DNA of 64,000 nucleotides. It comes from an uncultured delta proteobacterium (GTDB lineage: Bacteria; Myxococcota_A; Polyangia; Polyangiales; Polyangiaceae). The notes beneath the pieces were generated by a model that did not search any database, was not told the DNA's origin, and worked only from the letters and a program-made list of their open reading frames with translations. How positions within the stretch are numbered: position 1 is the stretch's first letter; each line of letters starts with the position of its first letter. A program made the position numbers and the translations under genes. Below are positions 44,244-53,387 of this stretch, in pieces. The stretch covers positions 12,099 through 76,098 of the forward strand of contig CAWHQT010000020.1 in NCBI GenBank assembly GCA_963831555.1, read 5' to 3'.

Positions 44244-45251
44244 GTGACGGGTTTCGCCCGCGCTTCGGGCCTGGCGGTGCTGCTTGCCGTCGTCGCCATC
44301 GCTCTTGCGGGTCTTTTGGCCGGGGGGGTGCGGGTCCTGCCGTGGTTGCTGGACCCGGACGTGCCCTGGCGCGTCGCGGGACCCTTCGCGCGGGGCTTGG
44401 CGGCGGTGGCGGTCGAGTCGGCGCTGCTCGTGGGGTGGCCGCTCGGGTGGTCGTTCGCGTGCTTCCGCCTGGTCGAGAGCGGCGAAGCCCGCGTTCTGCA
44501 GGCGCTTGGCGAGCGGCCCCTTGCCACGGTCGGCCGATTGGCGCCGCAGGGAGCGGTGCTCGCTCTTCTGCTTGCGGCGGTTGCCGTGGTCTACGGCCGA
44601 GACGCGGACGCCCCCGGCCGAGTCGCGACGGAATTGCTTGCTCGCTCGCGCGGCGCGTGTTTGGCGGTCACCGCTCCGGCAACGTACGTCATCCCGTTCA
44701 CGAATCTGACGTGGCTCTGCGCGCCGGGCCGGCCACCCCGTCTTCTCGGTTCACTTGCGGGGCTCGCTCCGTCGTCTTCTGTTCTCTCCGCCGAAGGAGC
44801 CCGGATCGCCGGAGACTTTCGCGCGCTCGAACTTGACGACGCACGGGTGCTCATCGAGAGGGATCCCCCTATCGCTCTTCATGTGGCGTCGCTTTCAATC
44901 CGGGGTCTGCCCGCGTGGGCGCAAGCCTCGAGTCTACCGGCGTCCCTTCGCGCGCTGGTCCTCGCGTTGAGCGGATGGGTTGCCGCCACGCTCGGCGCGC
45001 ATACCGTGCTCCGTGGCGTGGTGAAGACGCGCGCGGGCGCTCTTTTCGTCGGCGCTATCGGCCCGCTTTCGGCGCTCGGTCTCATGCGACTCTTCGAGCG
45101 GATGAGCGCGGGCCCGATGGCATTCGCGACGGTTCCCGTGACGGGGGGCGCCTGCACCCTCGTTCTTGGGCTTGTCCTTTCGCGCCGGGGTGACGCCGCT
45201 CGGCTCGTTGCGCTCGCCTTGCGGATTCGAAGGCGAGCTGCTAACACTTAG
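44244..45251 (+). CDS. Hypothetical polytopic membrane protein (LptF/LptG-like topology; weak call)
   Basis: GTG start 1 nt after the upstream stop. There are N-terminal TM helices, a central soluble segment, and C-terminal TM helices. Confidence 0.4.
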   Translation: MTGFARASGLAVLLAVVAIALAGLLAGGVRVLPWLLDPDVPWRVAGPFARGLAAVAVESALLVGWPLGWSFACFRLVESGEARVLQALGERPLATVGRLAPQGAVLALLLAAVAVVYGRDADAPGRVATELLARSRGACLAVTAPATYVIPFTNLTWLCAPGRPPRLLGSLAGLAPSSSVLSAEGARIAGDFRALELDDARVLIERDPPIALHVASLSIRGLPAWAQASSLPASLRALVLALSGWVAATLGAHTVLRGVVKTRAGALFVGAIGPLSALGLMRLFERMSAGPMAFATVPVTGGACTLVLGLVLSRRGDAARLVALALRIRRRAANT

Positions 45252-45266
45252 TCGAGGAATTTAGCC

Positions 45267-45488
45267 ATGGGCAACGTCGGACCGACCGAGATTCTGCTCA
45301 TCGCGCTTGTCGCCCTGCTCCTGTTTGGAGCCGGCCGTATCGCGGACATCGGCAAGGGCATGGGTCAAGGTATCAAGAACTTCAAGCAAGGTTTGAGGGA
45401 AGCGAACGAACTCGACGACGAGAAGAAGCTTCCTGAGAAGACCGCCGCAACGCCGGTCGCAAAGGAAGATCCCGCGAAGGCTTCCTGA
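45267..45488 (+). CDS. tatA: Twin-arginine translocase subunit TatA/E
   Basis: MGNVGPTEILLIALVALLLFGAGRIADIGKGMGQGIKNFKQGL is the canonical TatA TM plus amphipathic helix. GAGGAA is the RBS. Confidence 0.9.
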   Translation: MGNVGPTEILLIALVALLLFGAGRIADIGKGMGQGIKNFKQGLREANELDDEKKLPEKTAATPVAKEDPAKAS

Positions 45489-45687
45489 GAGCCTTCACGT
45501 GGGATGGTGAAGCTCCTTTGCGCCTCCACGGGCGTTCGGGGGGCTTCGCGCCACGGGAGGTCTTTGTCTTGACGCGGCGTTGGTAGCGCACGTGCTCGAG
45601 ATTGACTTCTCGTCCGTGGGGAAGCCACGCCAGTGAGCCGCGCCTGACGCATCGGCCTTCGTCACTCTGGCCCCCCCACCCGGTTCC

Positions 45688-46368
45688 TCAGCGCTCCCGT
45701 TCGAGGCGGTGAATGTCATCCAAGAGCATATCGATCCCTCCGGGATCGTCGGTGGAGTAATAGCCACGGATCTGCTGGCGGGCGTCTACGAGAACGAACC
45801 AGTCGCCGTGCGTGACATCGTAGTCGCCAGCGCCCCGGGCGATCTTCGCCGCCGAGACTTTGAAGCCCGAGACGACTGCGCGGGTCACGTCCTCCGGGGG
45901 GCCGGTCACGAAAGACCAGCGGGCGGCGTCCGCGTGGACACGCGCAGCGTACTGGGCCAAGACCGAAGGGGTGTCGTTATCCGGATCGACGGAGAACGAT
46001 ACGAGCCTCGCGCCGCTCCGGCTGCCTGCCAGCCGGCCCTGCAGTTCCGCCATGGTCGCCGTGAGCCGCGGACACGACGACGCGCAGCGGGTGAAGATGA
46101 AGTCGACCACAGTCACGTGACCGAGCATCGAGCTTGCGTCGAACAGAGCGCCTCGCTCGTTGACCAAGTGCAAGCTCGGCACGTGACCGAATACGGCGAG
46201 TGCGGGCTTCGGCCGCATCGATCGCGCGACCAGCGCGAGCGAAGCGGCGATGCACAAGCCGGCGATCGTGACGACGCGGCGAAAAGTTCGTTCGCGTCCG
46301 TGCGTTTCCTCGACGCGGTCGCGAGTACCCGCCGAGTGAGGAGGTGTCGTCGGGGCGGCGGCGTGCAT
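45688..46368 (-). CDS. SCO1/SenC-family copper chaperone (thioredoxin fold)
   Basis: A TM anchor is followed by VVDFIFTRCASSCP (CxxxC) and DVTHGDWFVLVD (conserved His). Confidence 0.85.
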   Translation of the reverse strand: MHAAAPTTPPHSAGTRDRVEETHGRERTFRRVVTIAGLCIAASLALVARSMRPKPALAVFGHVPSLHLVNERGALFDASSMLGHVTVVDFIFTRCASSCPRLTATMAELQGRLAGSRSGARLVSFSVDPDNDTPSVLAQYAARVHADAARWSFVTGPPEDVTRAVVSGFKVSAAKIARGAGDYDVTHGDWFVLVDARQQIRGYYSTDDPGGIDMLLDDIHRLERER

Positions 46369-46390
46369 GGGAAAAAGGCCGCTGGCCTCG

Positions 46391-47284
46391 TTAGGTCGTG
46401 ATGCGATCAGCTAGTAGAATGAGGAGGAGCACGGTCAGATAAGGGATCGAGAACGCAAAGACGTGCTTGGCCCACCGCTTCGAGTCGGAGCCCGATCCCC
46501 GGCGCGCGCCGCGCAGCACCAGCGCGATGAATGCGAGACCGAAGAGCGTGGCCGCGGCTTCGTAAGTGTGCCCCGCCATTCCGAGCGCTCCGAAAAGCAG
46601 CGACGTTCCGACGAGCAGAACGGTCCACGCCGTGATCATGCGGCGGGCGGCGTCCTCGCCGTGTTGCACGCTGACGACCTGCAGCCCGGCCCGCCGATAG
46701 TCCTCGGTTCGGAAGATCGTGATGGCGGCAAAGTGCGGCACTTGCCAGACGAACAGAAACGCAAAAAGGAGCAGGCCTCCGAGGCCAATCCCGCCCGTCA
46801 CCGTGGACCAACCGAGCAAGGGTGGGATCGCCCCGGGCATCGCGCCCACGAGCAGGGCGAGATGCGTATGGCGCTTGAGGGGAGTGTAGATCGCGACATA
46901 GCTGATGAGCGAGACGAGACCGAGCAACCCCGTGGTTGCATTCACGAGAAACAACATGGGAACCGAGACAAGCGCGAGCGCCAAGCCGAACATGAGCGCT
47001 ACGTCGGGCGCCATGCGGCCCGCCGGGAGCGGCCGATTTCGCGTTCGCGTCATGTGCGCGTCGACGTCGCGCTCCCACCACATGTTGAGTGCGTTCGCCG
47101 AACCGACGATGAGCATCGTGCCCACGAGAGACAGCAGGCGCGTCCGGGTGCTCACCGTGCCCGGGGCAAGCCGTGTACCCACCGCTTCCGTCAGCAAGAC
47201 GAGCGCGGTGATGCGGGGCTTCGTCAGCGCTGCCAAGTCGCGAACAAATGGAAGGATGCGCGGGGCAAGTGAGTTGCACGTCAC
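46391..47284 (-). CDS. ctaB: Protoheme IX farnesyltransferase (heme O synthase)
   Basis: LTKPRITALVLLT...NMWWERDVDAHMTRTRNRPLPAG...YTPLKR is typical CtaB/CyoE. The start is uncertain: GTG 47284 or TTG 47236. The 392-aa track ORF N-terminus is a translation of repeat DNA. Confidence 0.85.
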   Translation of the reverse strand: MTCNSLAPRILPFVRDLAALTKPRITALVLLTEAVGTRLAPGTVSTRTRLLSLVGTMLIVGSANALNMWWERDVDAHMTRTRNRPLPAGRMAPDVALMFGLALALVSVPMLFLVNATTGLLGLVSLISYVAIYTPLKRHTHLALLVGAMPGAIPPLLGWSTVTGGIGLGGLLLFAFLFVWQVPHFAAITIFRTEDYRRAGLQVVSVQHGEDAARRMITAWTVLLVGTSLLFGALGMAGHTYEAAATLFGLAFIALVLRGARRGSGSDSKRWAKHVFAFSIPYLTVLLLILLADRITT

Positions 47285-47520
47285 GTCGAAGGGAGCGATG
47301 TTTCCTCGTCGGAGGTCCTTGTCACCCTGAGCGCTTCGCTCCGGCTCGACTCGCTTCGCGCTTCCTAGTTGGAGCCCCGTGTCACCCTGAGCGCTTCGCT
47401 CCGGCTCGACTCGCTTCGCTCGCTCGCCTCCGCTCCCGCAGCCTTGGAGGCACGTCACGTCGAAGGGAGCGATGCCGCTCCCTTCGAGCATCCCACCAGG
47501 AGCAGACGCTCGTTTCACTC
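47276..47520. repeat. Composite repeat: hairpin-family copies R3 (partial) and R4 flank a 60-bp-period tandem duplication
   Basis: A 25-nt perfect direct repeat gcacgtcacgtcgaagggagcgatg occurs at 47276..47300 and 47450..47474. A 39-nt unit gtcaccctgagcgcttcgctccggctcgactcgcttcgc occurs at 47321..47359 and 47381..47419. Confidence 0.9.
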
Positions 47521-47661
47521 TTTGCGCGTCCGGCTGCGGGTGGGGGACTAGCAACTCGGTGTTGGCCACGCTCGCAAAACCTCGCGCTTTGGCAGGGGTT
47601 TAGAGCTCGACACCCAACTTGGCAAGCGGAGAGGCCTCCAGCGTCAATTTCTTGCCCGGAT

Positions 47662-48786
47662 TCAAGCGCCTGGGCCTCCGCCCTTCCCGCCCTCAAGATC
47701 GCCTTCTCTGACGCGCCGGTTTCGCTCGGCGAGCAGCGCGCGCCACATGGCGCGGTCGTCTACCGCCGCCAGCGCCGCCCATTGCGCCGCAACGACCGCG
47801 CATAGACCGCGAAGAGGCGCGTCGAACGCTCCACGTGAGACGAGCGCGAGCGCCATCGCGGCGACGACTGCCGTGATGTGCCGAGTCTGCGTGGCGGCCA
47901 CGAGCGCCAACAAAAGCGAGGCGGGCACCAGGAACGTGGCGAGTCCGGCGAACGCGTTCGGAGAGGGCACACCCGGAGCGTCCGCCAGCGCGGTATGCAG
48001 GACCGCCTGCCACGGGGCAGCATCCGAGTGAACGCCGCTCGCGACGCCCCATGTAAGGGCGAACGCAACGACCAGGGCTGCGCAACACGCGAGCTGCCCC
48101 ATGCCCCGACCTCGCGCTCCCAGCCACGTGATGGCCGTCAGTTGCCCGGCAGCCTCCAGAAATACGCCTGCGGTGGCCAGCGCGCGGCTCACGGCGAACA
48201 TCTGCAGGCTCGCCGTGTCTCCAGCCCGCATGGCGAGTTCCCACGCCGCGAGACGAGCGATGCCTGCGAACGCGAACGCTCCAAGCATGCCCGCCGTGGC
48301 ACGCGTGTGCGGGGCTTGCGCCGCGCAATAGGCTCCCGCCAAGCAGGCGACCGCGGCCGCAGCTGTGATGAGCACCGAAACAAGGGGCGGGACGCGGTCG
48401 CGCAGACCCACCAGCGAGAGCGACAGGACGGCCGCGCCCCCCACGGCGAGGGCCAGCCGCGGCGCGCTCGCGATCTCGCGGGTGCGTAGAAGCTCGACGG
48501 CCCCAAGGAGCACGAGCGAAAGAAGGGTACAGACGAGAAGATACGAGACGGTGGCGGAGACTCGATCGGCCACCACGACGACCCGTTCGCCTGCGTTACC
48601 GCGCAAACCAGGGGCGACAATGACTCCCATGACCCCCGCGGCGACGGACGTGAGTGCGGCGGTTCGTAGCAGCCACGTCGCCGACAGCAAGGGCGATGCC
48701 GGCGCTATTCGTGCCGGACTCGAGCTCGGCGGCGTGCGGCGGTCCCCCTCGGGAGCGTCGGCACGCGTGACGTCGGCGGTCGCCAT
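47662..48786 (-). CDS. Hypothetical polytopic membrane protein (about 8 TM segments)
   Basis: 374-aa ORF, Ala/Leu/Val-rich, with many hydrophobic segments. I recognise no family. Confidence 0.5.
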   Translation of the reverse strand: MATADVTRADAPEGDRRTPPSSSPARIAPASPLLSATWLLRTAALTSVAAGVMGVIVAPGLRGNAGERVVVVADRVSATVSYLLVCTLLSLVLLGAVELLRTREIASAPRLALAVGGAAVLSLSLVGLRDRVPPLVSVLITAAAAVACLAGAYCAAQAPHTRATAGMLGAFAFAGIARLAAWELAMRAGDTASLQMFAVSRALATAGVFLEAAGQLTAITWLGARGRGMGQLACCAALVVAFALTWGVASGVHSDAAPWQAVLHTALADAPGVPSPNAFAGLATFLVPASLLLALVAATQTRHITAVVAAMALALVSRGAFDAPLRGLCAVVAAQWAALAAVDDRAMWRALLAERNRRVREGDLEGGKGGGPGA

Positions 48787-48818
48787 CGATCCCGAAGCCT
48801 AGCGCAACCGATGCGGGC

Positions 48819-50539
48819 TTACGTCCCCGATTGCGCCGCCGACGACACCGGCGAAAGCAGCGAACCCTCGCGCGCGTCATTCGGGCTGGATGGCGGGGCT
48901 GCACGCTCTTTCGCCGGTCCCGGTGCGGGCGAGGGCTGGGGCGGCTCTTCATTCGCCGGCGCAGGCGTGTTCAAAAGGAATGGTCGCGCGTTCATGGTCG
49001 AGCATGCGTACACTTGATCGCGGTGAAACTCCCAGTGCAGATAGACGTTGCCGTCGGGTGAAATGATTGCATTCGGGGGCGGTCCAAAAGGCTGCGCGCG
49101 GTCCACCGCATCGAGGGCCGCGATGTCGAACGCCGTGACGCCGCTGTTTTTCACGATCCCCATCTTCTTCAATCGGCCCTCCTTCGTGAGGACGATCTCC
49201 AGGCGTGTCACGAGGGTCTGGTCATTCATCGGGTGACCGGGTGGCAATCTGTCCAAGGACTCGAGGAACGACTCGGCGAAAATCGGATGAATGCGATTGT
49301 GCATCCCGTTCAAGTACGTCGCGAAAGGCGAGCGCGCCGTGTTGAGCGCCGTCTGATTGCCGGGCTTGACGCTCGATGCATAGTTCTCGATGGCGCTACG
49401 CCATCGGTCGAAGTTCGAGGCGACCCATGATCCGCGGTGTTCGCTCTTGCGCCGCTCTCCGTCCGCCTCCCGAATCTTCCGGAGGTTGTCCGAGCCGACG
49501 ATGGAGGCAATCTGTCCCTGATTGAGATTCGTATTGAGAGTTCCGGGCGCTGCGCTCTCGCCCAGCCCGGGAAGCGACCAGAGCCTGCCGCCGGGCAACC
49601 TCTGCATGGGGCCGCCCGCGTTCTCTTGCGGCGTGATCCCCGGCGCTCCGCCGAGCCGTGCCGGATTGAACGTCCAGGTCCCGTCGGCTGCATTCTCGAC
49701 GTCAGGCGATGGCGTCGACGCGCCGCCCGGCGTTGGTTGCGGCTCGGCCTCGGGAACGGAGGGCGACGAGGGGCGTGCTTCGCTGCCCGCCCCGCGCGCC
49801 GCGGAGGGAGGGAAAGCGGCCGTCACCGCGCTCTCGGACTGCGCCGCTTTGGGAGTCTTGGGTTCCTTGAGAACGTCGAAGTCTTGGCCTCGTTCACCGG
49901 GTGCGCGGTTCCTCTCCCCCTTGTGCTCGTCGCTCTCGGCGACGCGCGTTTTCTCGCTGTCGCCTTCGGCCCGATCCGTTCCTCGGTGCGTTGCGCCCGG
50001 GCTCGGTTGTTCGTCGTCGCGGTCGTGGGACGTTTGCGTCGCGCGCGTTTCCTGGTCGACGCGGTTCGCCTCGTCCGCGATAAACTTGGCGGTCGGATTG
50101 TCGTCCTGGTTCGGCTTTGCGTGCTGCCGCACGGCGATGCGCTGATCTTCGAGAGATCCTCCGGCAAAACGAGCGGCTTCTTGTCGTCCGCCTTTTTCAC
50201 CAAGAGAATGCGTTTCTCGGGCTTCGGCCGCTCCTCGGGCGTCTTCGGGGTGTCTTGACGCGCCTTCTCCGGCGGGGCGGGTGGAGGTGTCTTGGGGGCG
50301 GGAGGCTTCGGCGGGATCACTTCCTCCTTCGGCTCGTCGCTCGGGTCGCCCAAAGAAACTTCGAACGTCTGCTCGCCTTGCTTGGCGAGCCCGCTTGCGA
50401 TTCGCGAGAGCTTCCATAGTTCGGAGCGGTCGTCGTGAACCTTCGCGACCACGAGCCCGCCGGAGCCGAAGACGAAATGCGCGCATATCGCCGCGCAAAT
50501 CCACAAGCCCAGGGGGATGGTGACGTCGCGCGACCGCAT
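48819..50539 (-). CDS. TonB-C-like domain protein, apparently frameshifted (N-terminal TM and Pro-rich part in one frame, the rest in another)
   Basis: Frame B from 50539 reads MRSRDVTIPLGLWICAAICAHFVFG...PPKPPAPKTPPPAPPEK...KKPLVLPEDL. Frame A from about 50150 down to 48819 reads DQRIAVRQHAKPNQDDNPTAKFIADE...GVTAFDIAALDAVDRAQPFGPPP (TonB-C-like). Each frame is nonsense in the other's region. Confidence 0.65.
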
Positions 50540-50830
50540 GTGCTCCCGGAGCCTCTATCGCTTACAGGACGCCAGGCACCTGGCCCATCCAAGCTTCAAC
50601 TTACGTTCCGAAAGCCGAGGCGTCGAGCCGAGCCGGGTACGTATTGTCGCCATCGAGCCCGCTTACCGCCGGATCCTTGATGAATCGCAGTCCGAGGAGC
50701 GCCGATGCGCGCCGAGAACAACGCCCTGACGAAAACAAGGAAAGAGCGTAACCTTTCCAACCTTTCAGGACACCGCCTCCGTGCACGGCCGGTCATGGGC
50801 GCAGAGCTCGTGGTATTGCATGCATGGCCG

Positions 50831-51868
50831 ATGGCTGTCTTCTACGAGATTCGCGGCGCGGTTCCGGCCGATGAAGACCAGCTCTTCGAGGTAGCCCGTT
50901 ATTTGAACAGCGTGAACCTCCCGGCCGACCGGACCGAGATTCGCGGCCTTCTTGAGCATGCGCGGCAGAGCTTTACGGGCGCGATCGTCGATCCTCGCAA
51001 GCGTGAATACGTGTTTGTCATGGTCGACGTGGAGCGGCAACGGATCGTCGGCACGTCGATGATCATCGCCCAGCTCGGTCGCCGCGACGGGCCGTACATC
51101 TACGTCGACGTCTTCGAAGAGGAGCGTTACTCCGCAACGCTCGACAAGCACTTCCGGCACGTGGTGCTCAAGATCGGATATTCGTACAGTGGGCCCACCG
51201 AGATCGGCGGCCTGATCGTGGACCCGGCGTATCGTCGCAAGCCAGAGCGGCTCGGTCTGCTCATTTCGTACGTGCGATTTCTTTACATCAAGATGCACCG
51301 CGAGCTCTTTCGCGACGAGCTTCTCGCGGAGCTCCTGCCCCCTCTCGAACCGGACGGGACTTCGCATCTTTGGGATGCAGTGGGTCGAAGATTCACGGAG
51401 ATGACCTACGCGGACGCGGATCGCCTCTCGAAGAAGAACAAGGAGTTCGTCAAGGGTCTCTTTCCGGAGGGCCCCATCTACGCAACGCTCTTGCCGCAGA
51501 ATGCCCAGGACGTCGTCGGCAAAGTGGGCGCGCAGACGCGTGGCGTGGAGCGAATGCTTCGCCGGATCGGGTTCAACTACGCCTTTCGGGTAGACCCGTT
51601 CGACGGTGGCCCGCACTTCACGGCGCCGACGGACGAAGTGACGCTCGTGCAGCGCTCGCATCGCGCCGTCATTGCCGAACTCGTGCCGCCGGGCGACGGA
51701 CCCAGGCCCCGTGCGCTTATCGCCGTCGAGCGGGGCGAGGCGCCGTTTTTTCGCGCGGTGCTGGCGCCTTGGCAGGAGACGGCGCCCGGAGCTCGCGTAG
51801 GCATGGAAGCGGCTCTCCATCTCGGCGCTCGGCAGGGGGACACGGTGTGGGCGCTTCCGATCGACTGA
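50831..51868 (+). CDS. Arginine N-succinyltransferase (AstA)-family acyltransferase
   Basis: YVFVMVD...IVGTSMIIAQLG...PTEIGGLIVDPAYRR...GLLISYVRFLY...AELLPP...GTSHLWD...KNKEFVKGLFPEGPIYATLLP...DPFDGGPHF matches the AstA family layout. Alternative starts are at 50795 and 50705. Confidence 0.7.
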   Translation: MAVFYEIRGAVPADEDQLFEVARYLNSVNLPADRTEIRGLLEHARQSFTGAIVDPRKREYVFVMVDVERQRIVGTSMIIAQLGRRDGPYIYVDVFEEERYSATLDKHFRHVVLKIGYSYSGPTEIGGLIVDPAYRRKPERLGLLISYVRFLYIKMHRELFRDELLAELLPPLEPDGTSHLWDAVGRRFTEMTYADADRLSKKNKEFVKGLFPEGPIYATLLPQNAQDVVGKVGAQTRGVERMLRRIGFNYAFRVDPFDGGPHFTAPTDEVTLVQRSHRAVIAELVPPGDGPRPRALIAVERGEAPFFRAVLAPWQETAPGARVGMEAALHLGARQGDTVWALPID

Positions 51869-51914
51869 GGGGCGAGCGGGGCGGGCGAACGGCGGGAGGC
51901 TTTCCTTCGGGACG

Positions 51915-53351
51915 TCAGCAGGATCGATGGCCCTGGGAGGGAAAGATCTTTCCTGGATTGAGCAACTCTTTCGGGTCGAAGGCGCGCTTGATGTCGCGCT
52001 GTAGCGCGATGAGGTCTTCGCTCTGTTCGATCGGCAGGTACGGCGCTTTCGAGACGCCGATCCCATGCTCTCCGCTGAGCGTGCCGCCCAGCTCCACCGT
52101 GGCGCGCATCAGCTTCTCGATCGCGACATTGACCGCGGGCCTCTCGGCGTCGTCATTCCAAAGAAAGTTCACGTGCAGATTCCCGTCCCCCGCGTGGCCG
52201 TAGGCCAGGTGACGCACGCCGGTCTCCGCGCCGATCTCGTCGGTGCGGGCGAGCAAGTCCGCGATGCGCGTGCGGGGGACGACGATGTCTTCGCTCAACT
52301 TGTGGCGCGCGAGCTTGCGCGTCGCTTTGGACAGCATTCGACGCGCCGCCCAGAGTCGGTCCCGTTGCGCGCCGTTTTGCGCGACGACGACGTCGACGCA
52401 GCCCGGGCACGCCGCGGCCACTTCGCCAAGGCGTGCGATGGCGGCAAGGGTGGCGTCGTCGTGCTCCCCGTCCACTTCGATCAGCAACATCGCTCCCGCG
52501 CGCGCGTCGACGGCGACTCCTTCGCCGCGCACCGCGTCGAGCGTCGCGCGGTCGAGCATCTCCATGCAGCGCGGGACGACGCCCGCCGCGACGATCGCCG
52601 AGACGGCGCTCGCGGCCGCGCGTACGTCCGAAAAGAGCGCGAGCGCGGTCGAGATGGCCGGCGGTTTGGCGATGAGGCGCAACGTCGCCTCGGTGAAGAC
52701 GGCGAGCGTCCCTTCGCTGCCCACGAGAAGCGCGGTGACGTCGTACCCGGTGACGCCCTTGAGGGTCCGCCGGCCGGTCCGCACGACGCGACCCCCGATG
52801 AGGCACGCTTCGAGCCCGAGCACCCAGTCGCGCGTCACCCCGTATTTGAAGGCGCGGGGACCCCCGGCGTTCTCGGCGAGGTTGCCCCCGATGCAGCAGC
52901 TATCGAGCGAGTTTGGATCGGGCGCGTAAAAGAGACCCTCGCGCTCGACGGCGGCGTGCAGATCGCCGGTGATGACGCCCGGCTCGACGACCGCGACCAT
53001 GTTCGCGCGGTCGATCTCTTTGATTTGCGCGAGGGCATGCGTTGCGAGAACGATCCCTCCTGCCACCGGGACCGCTCCCCCCGTGCGGCCGGTGCCTCCC
53101 GCCCGCGGCGTGATGGGCACGTTGCAACGGTCGGCGACGGCAAGCGCGATGGCCACGTCCGCGGGCGTGGCCGCGATCACGACCGCGTCCGGGGGACGGC
53201 TCGCGACGTCGCTGTCGTCCGCCGCGTACGCCCCGCACGCTTCGACGCTCGTCAACACCTTCGACGGGCCCAATTGCCGTTCGAGCTCGATCCGCGCGCG
53301 GTCCAACGCAGCGCGAGACGGCAAGCGAACTTCCGGGCTAACGAGCAGCAT
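51915..53351 (-). CDS. FAD-linked oxidase (GlcD / D-lactate dehydrogenase family)
   Basis: The FAD-binding PCMH region is PRAGGTGRTGGAVP. DPNSLDSCCIGGNLAENAGGPRAFKYG and GEHGIG are present. Confidence 0.85.
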   Translation of the reverse strand: MLLVSPEVRLPSRAALDRARIELERQLGPSKVLTSVEACGAYAADDSDVASRPPDAVVIAATPADVAIALAVADRCNVPITPRAGGTGRTGGAVPVAGGIVLATHALAQIKEIDRANMVAVVEPGVITGDLHAAVEREGLFYAPDPNSLDSCCIGGNLAENAGGPRAFKYGVTRDWVLGLEACLIGGRVVRTGRRTLKGVTGYDVTALLVGSEGTLAVFTEATLRLIAKPPAISTALALFSDVRAAASAVSAIVAAGVVPRCMEMLDRATLDAVRGEGVAVDARAGAMLLIEVDGEHDDATLAAIARLGEVAAACPGCVDVVVAQNGAQRDRLWAARRMLSKATRKLARHKLSEDIVVPRTRIADLLARTDEIGAETGVRHLAYGHAGDGNLHVNFLWNDDAERPAVNVAIEKLMRATVELGGTLSGEHGIGVSKAPYLPIEQSEDLIALQRDIKRAFDPKELLNPGKIFPSQGHRSC

Positions 53352-53387
53352 GGCCGACCGGGGGGAGCGGGACGAGTCTAGTGCCGA

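Noticed and set aside
47285-47569. N-terminal extension of ctaB to 392 aa, with repeated KRVEPERSAQGD
   Set aside because: It is a translation of the intergenic repeat elements, which occur in other intergenic regions too. CtaB homology starts at LTKPRITALV.
47662-48786. Heme A synthase (CtaA/COX15) upstream of ctaB
   Set aside because: It is a polytopic membrane protein in the right place, but I could not find the paired conserved His-containing helices typical of CtaA. It is left as hypothetical.
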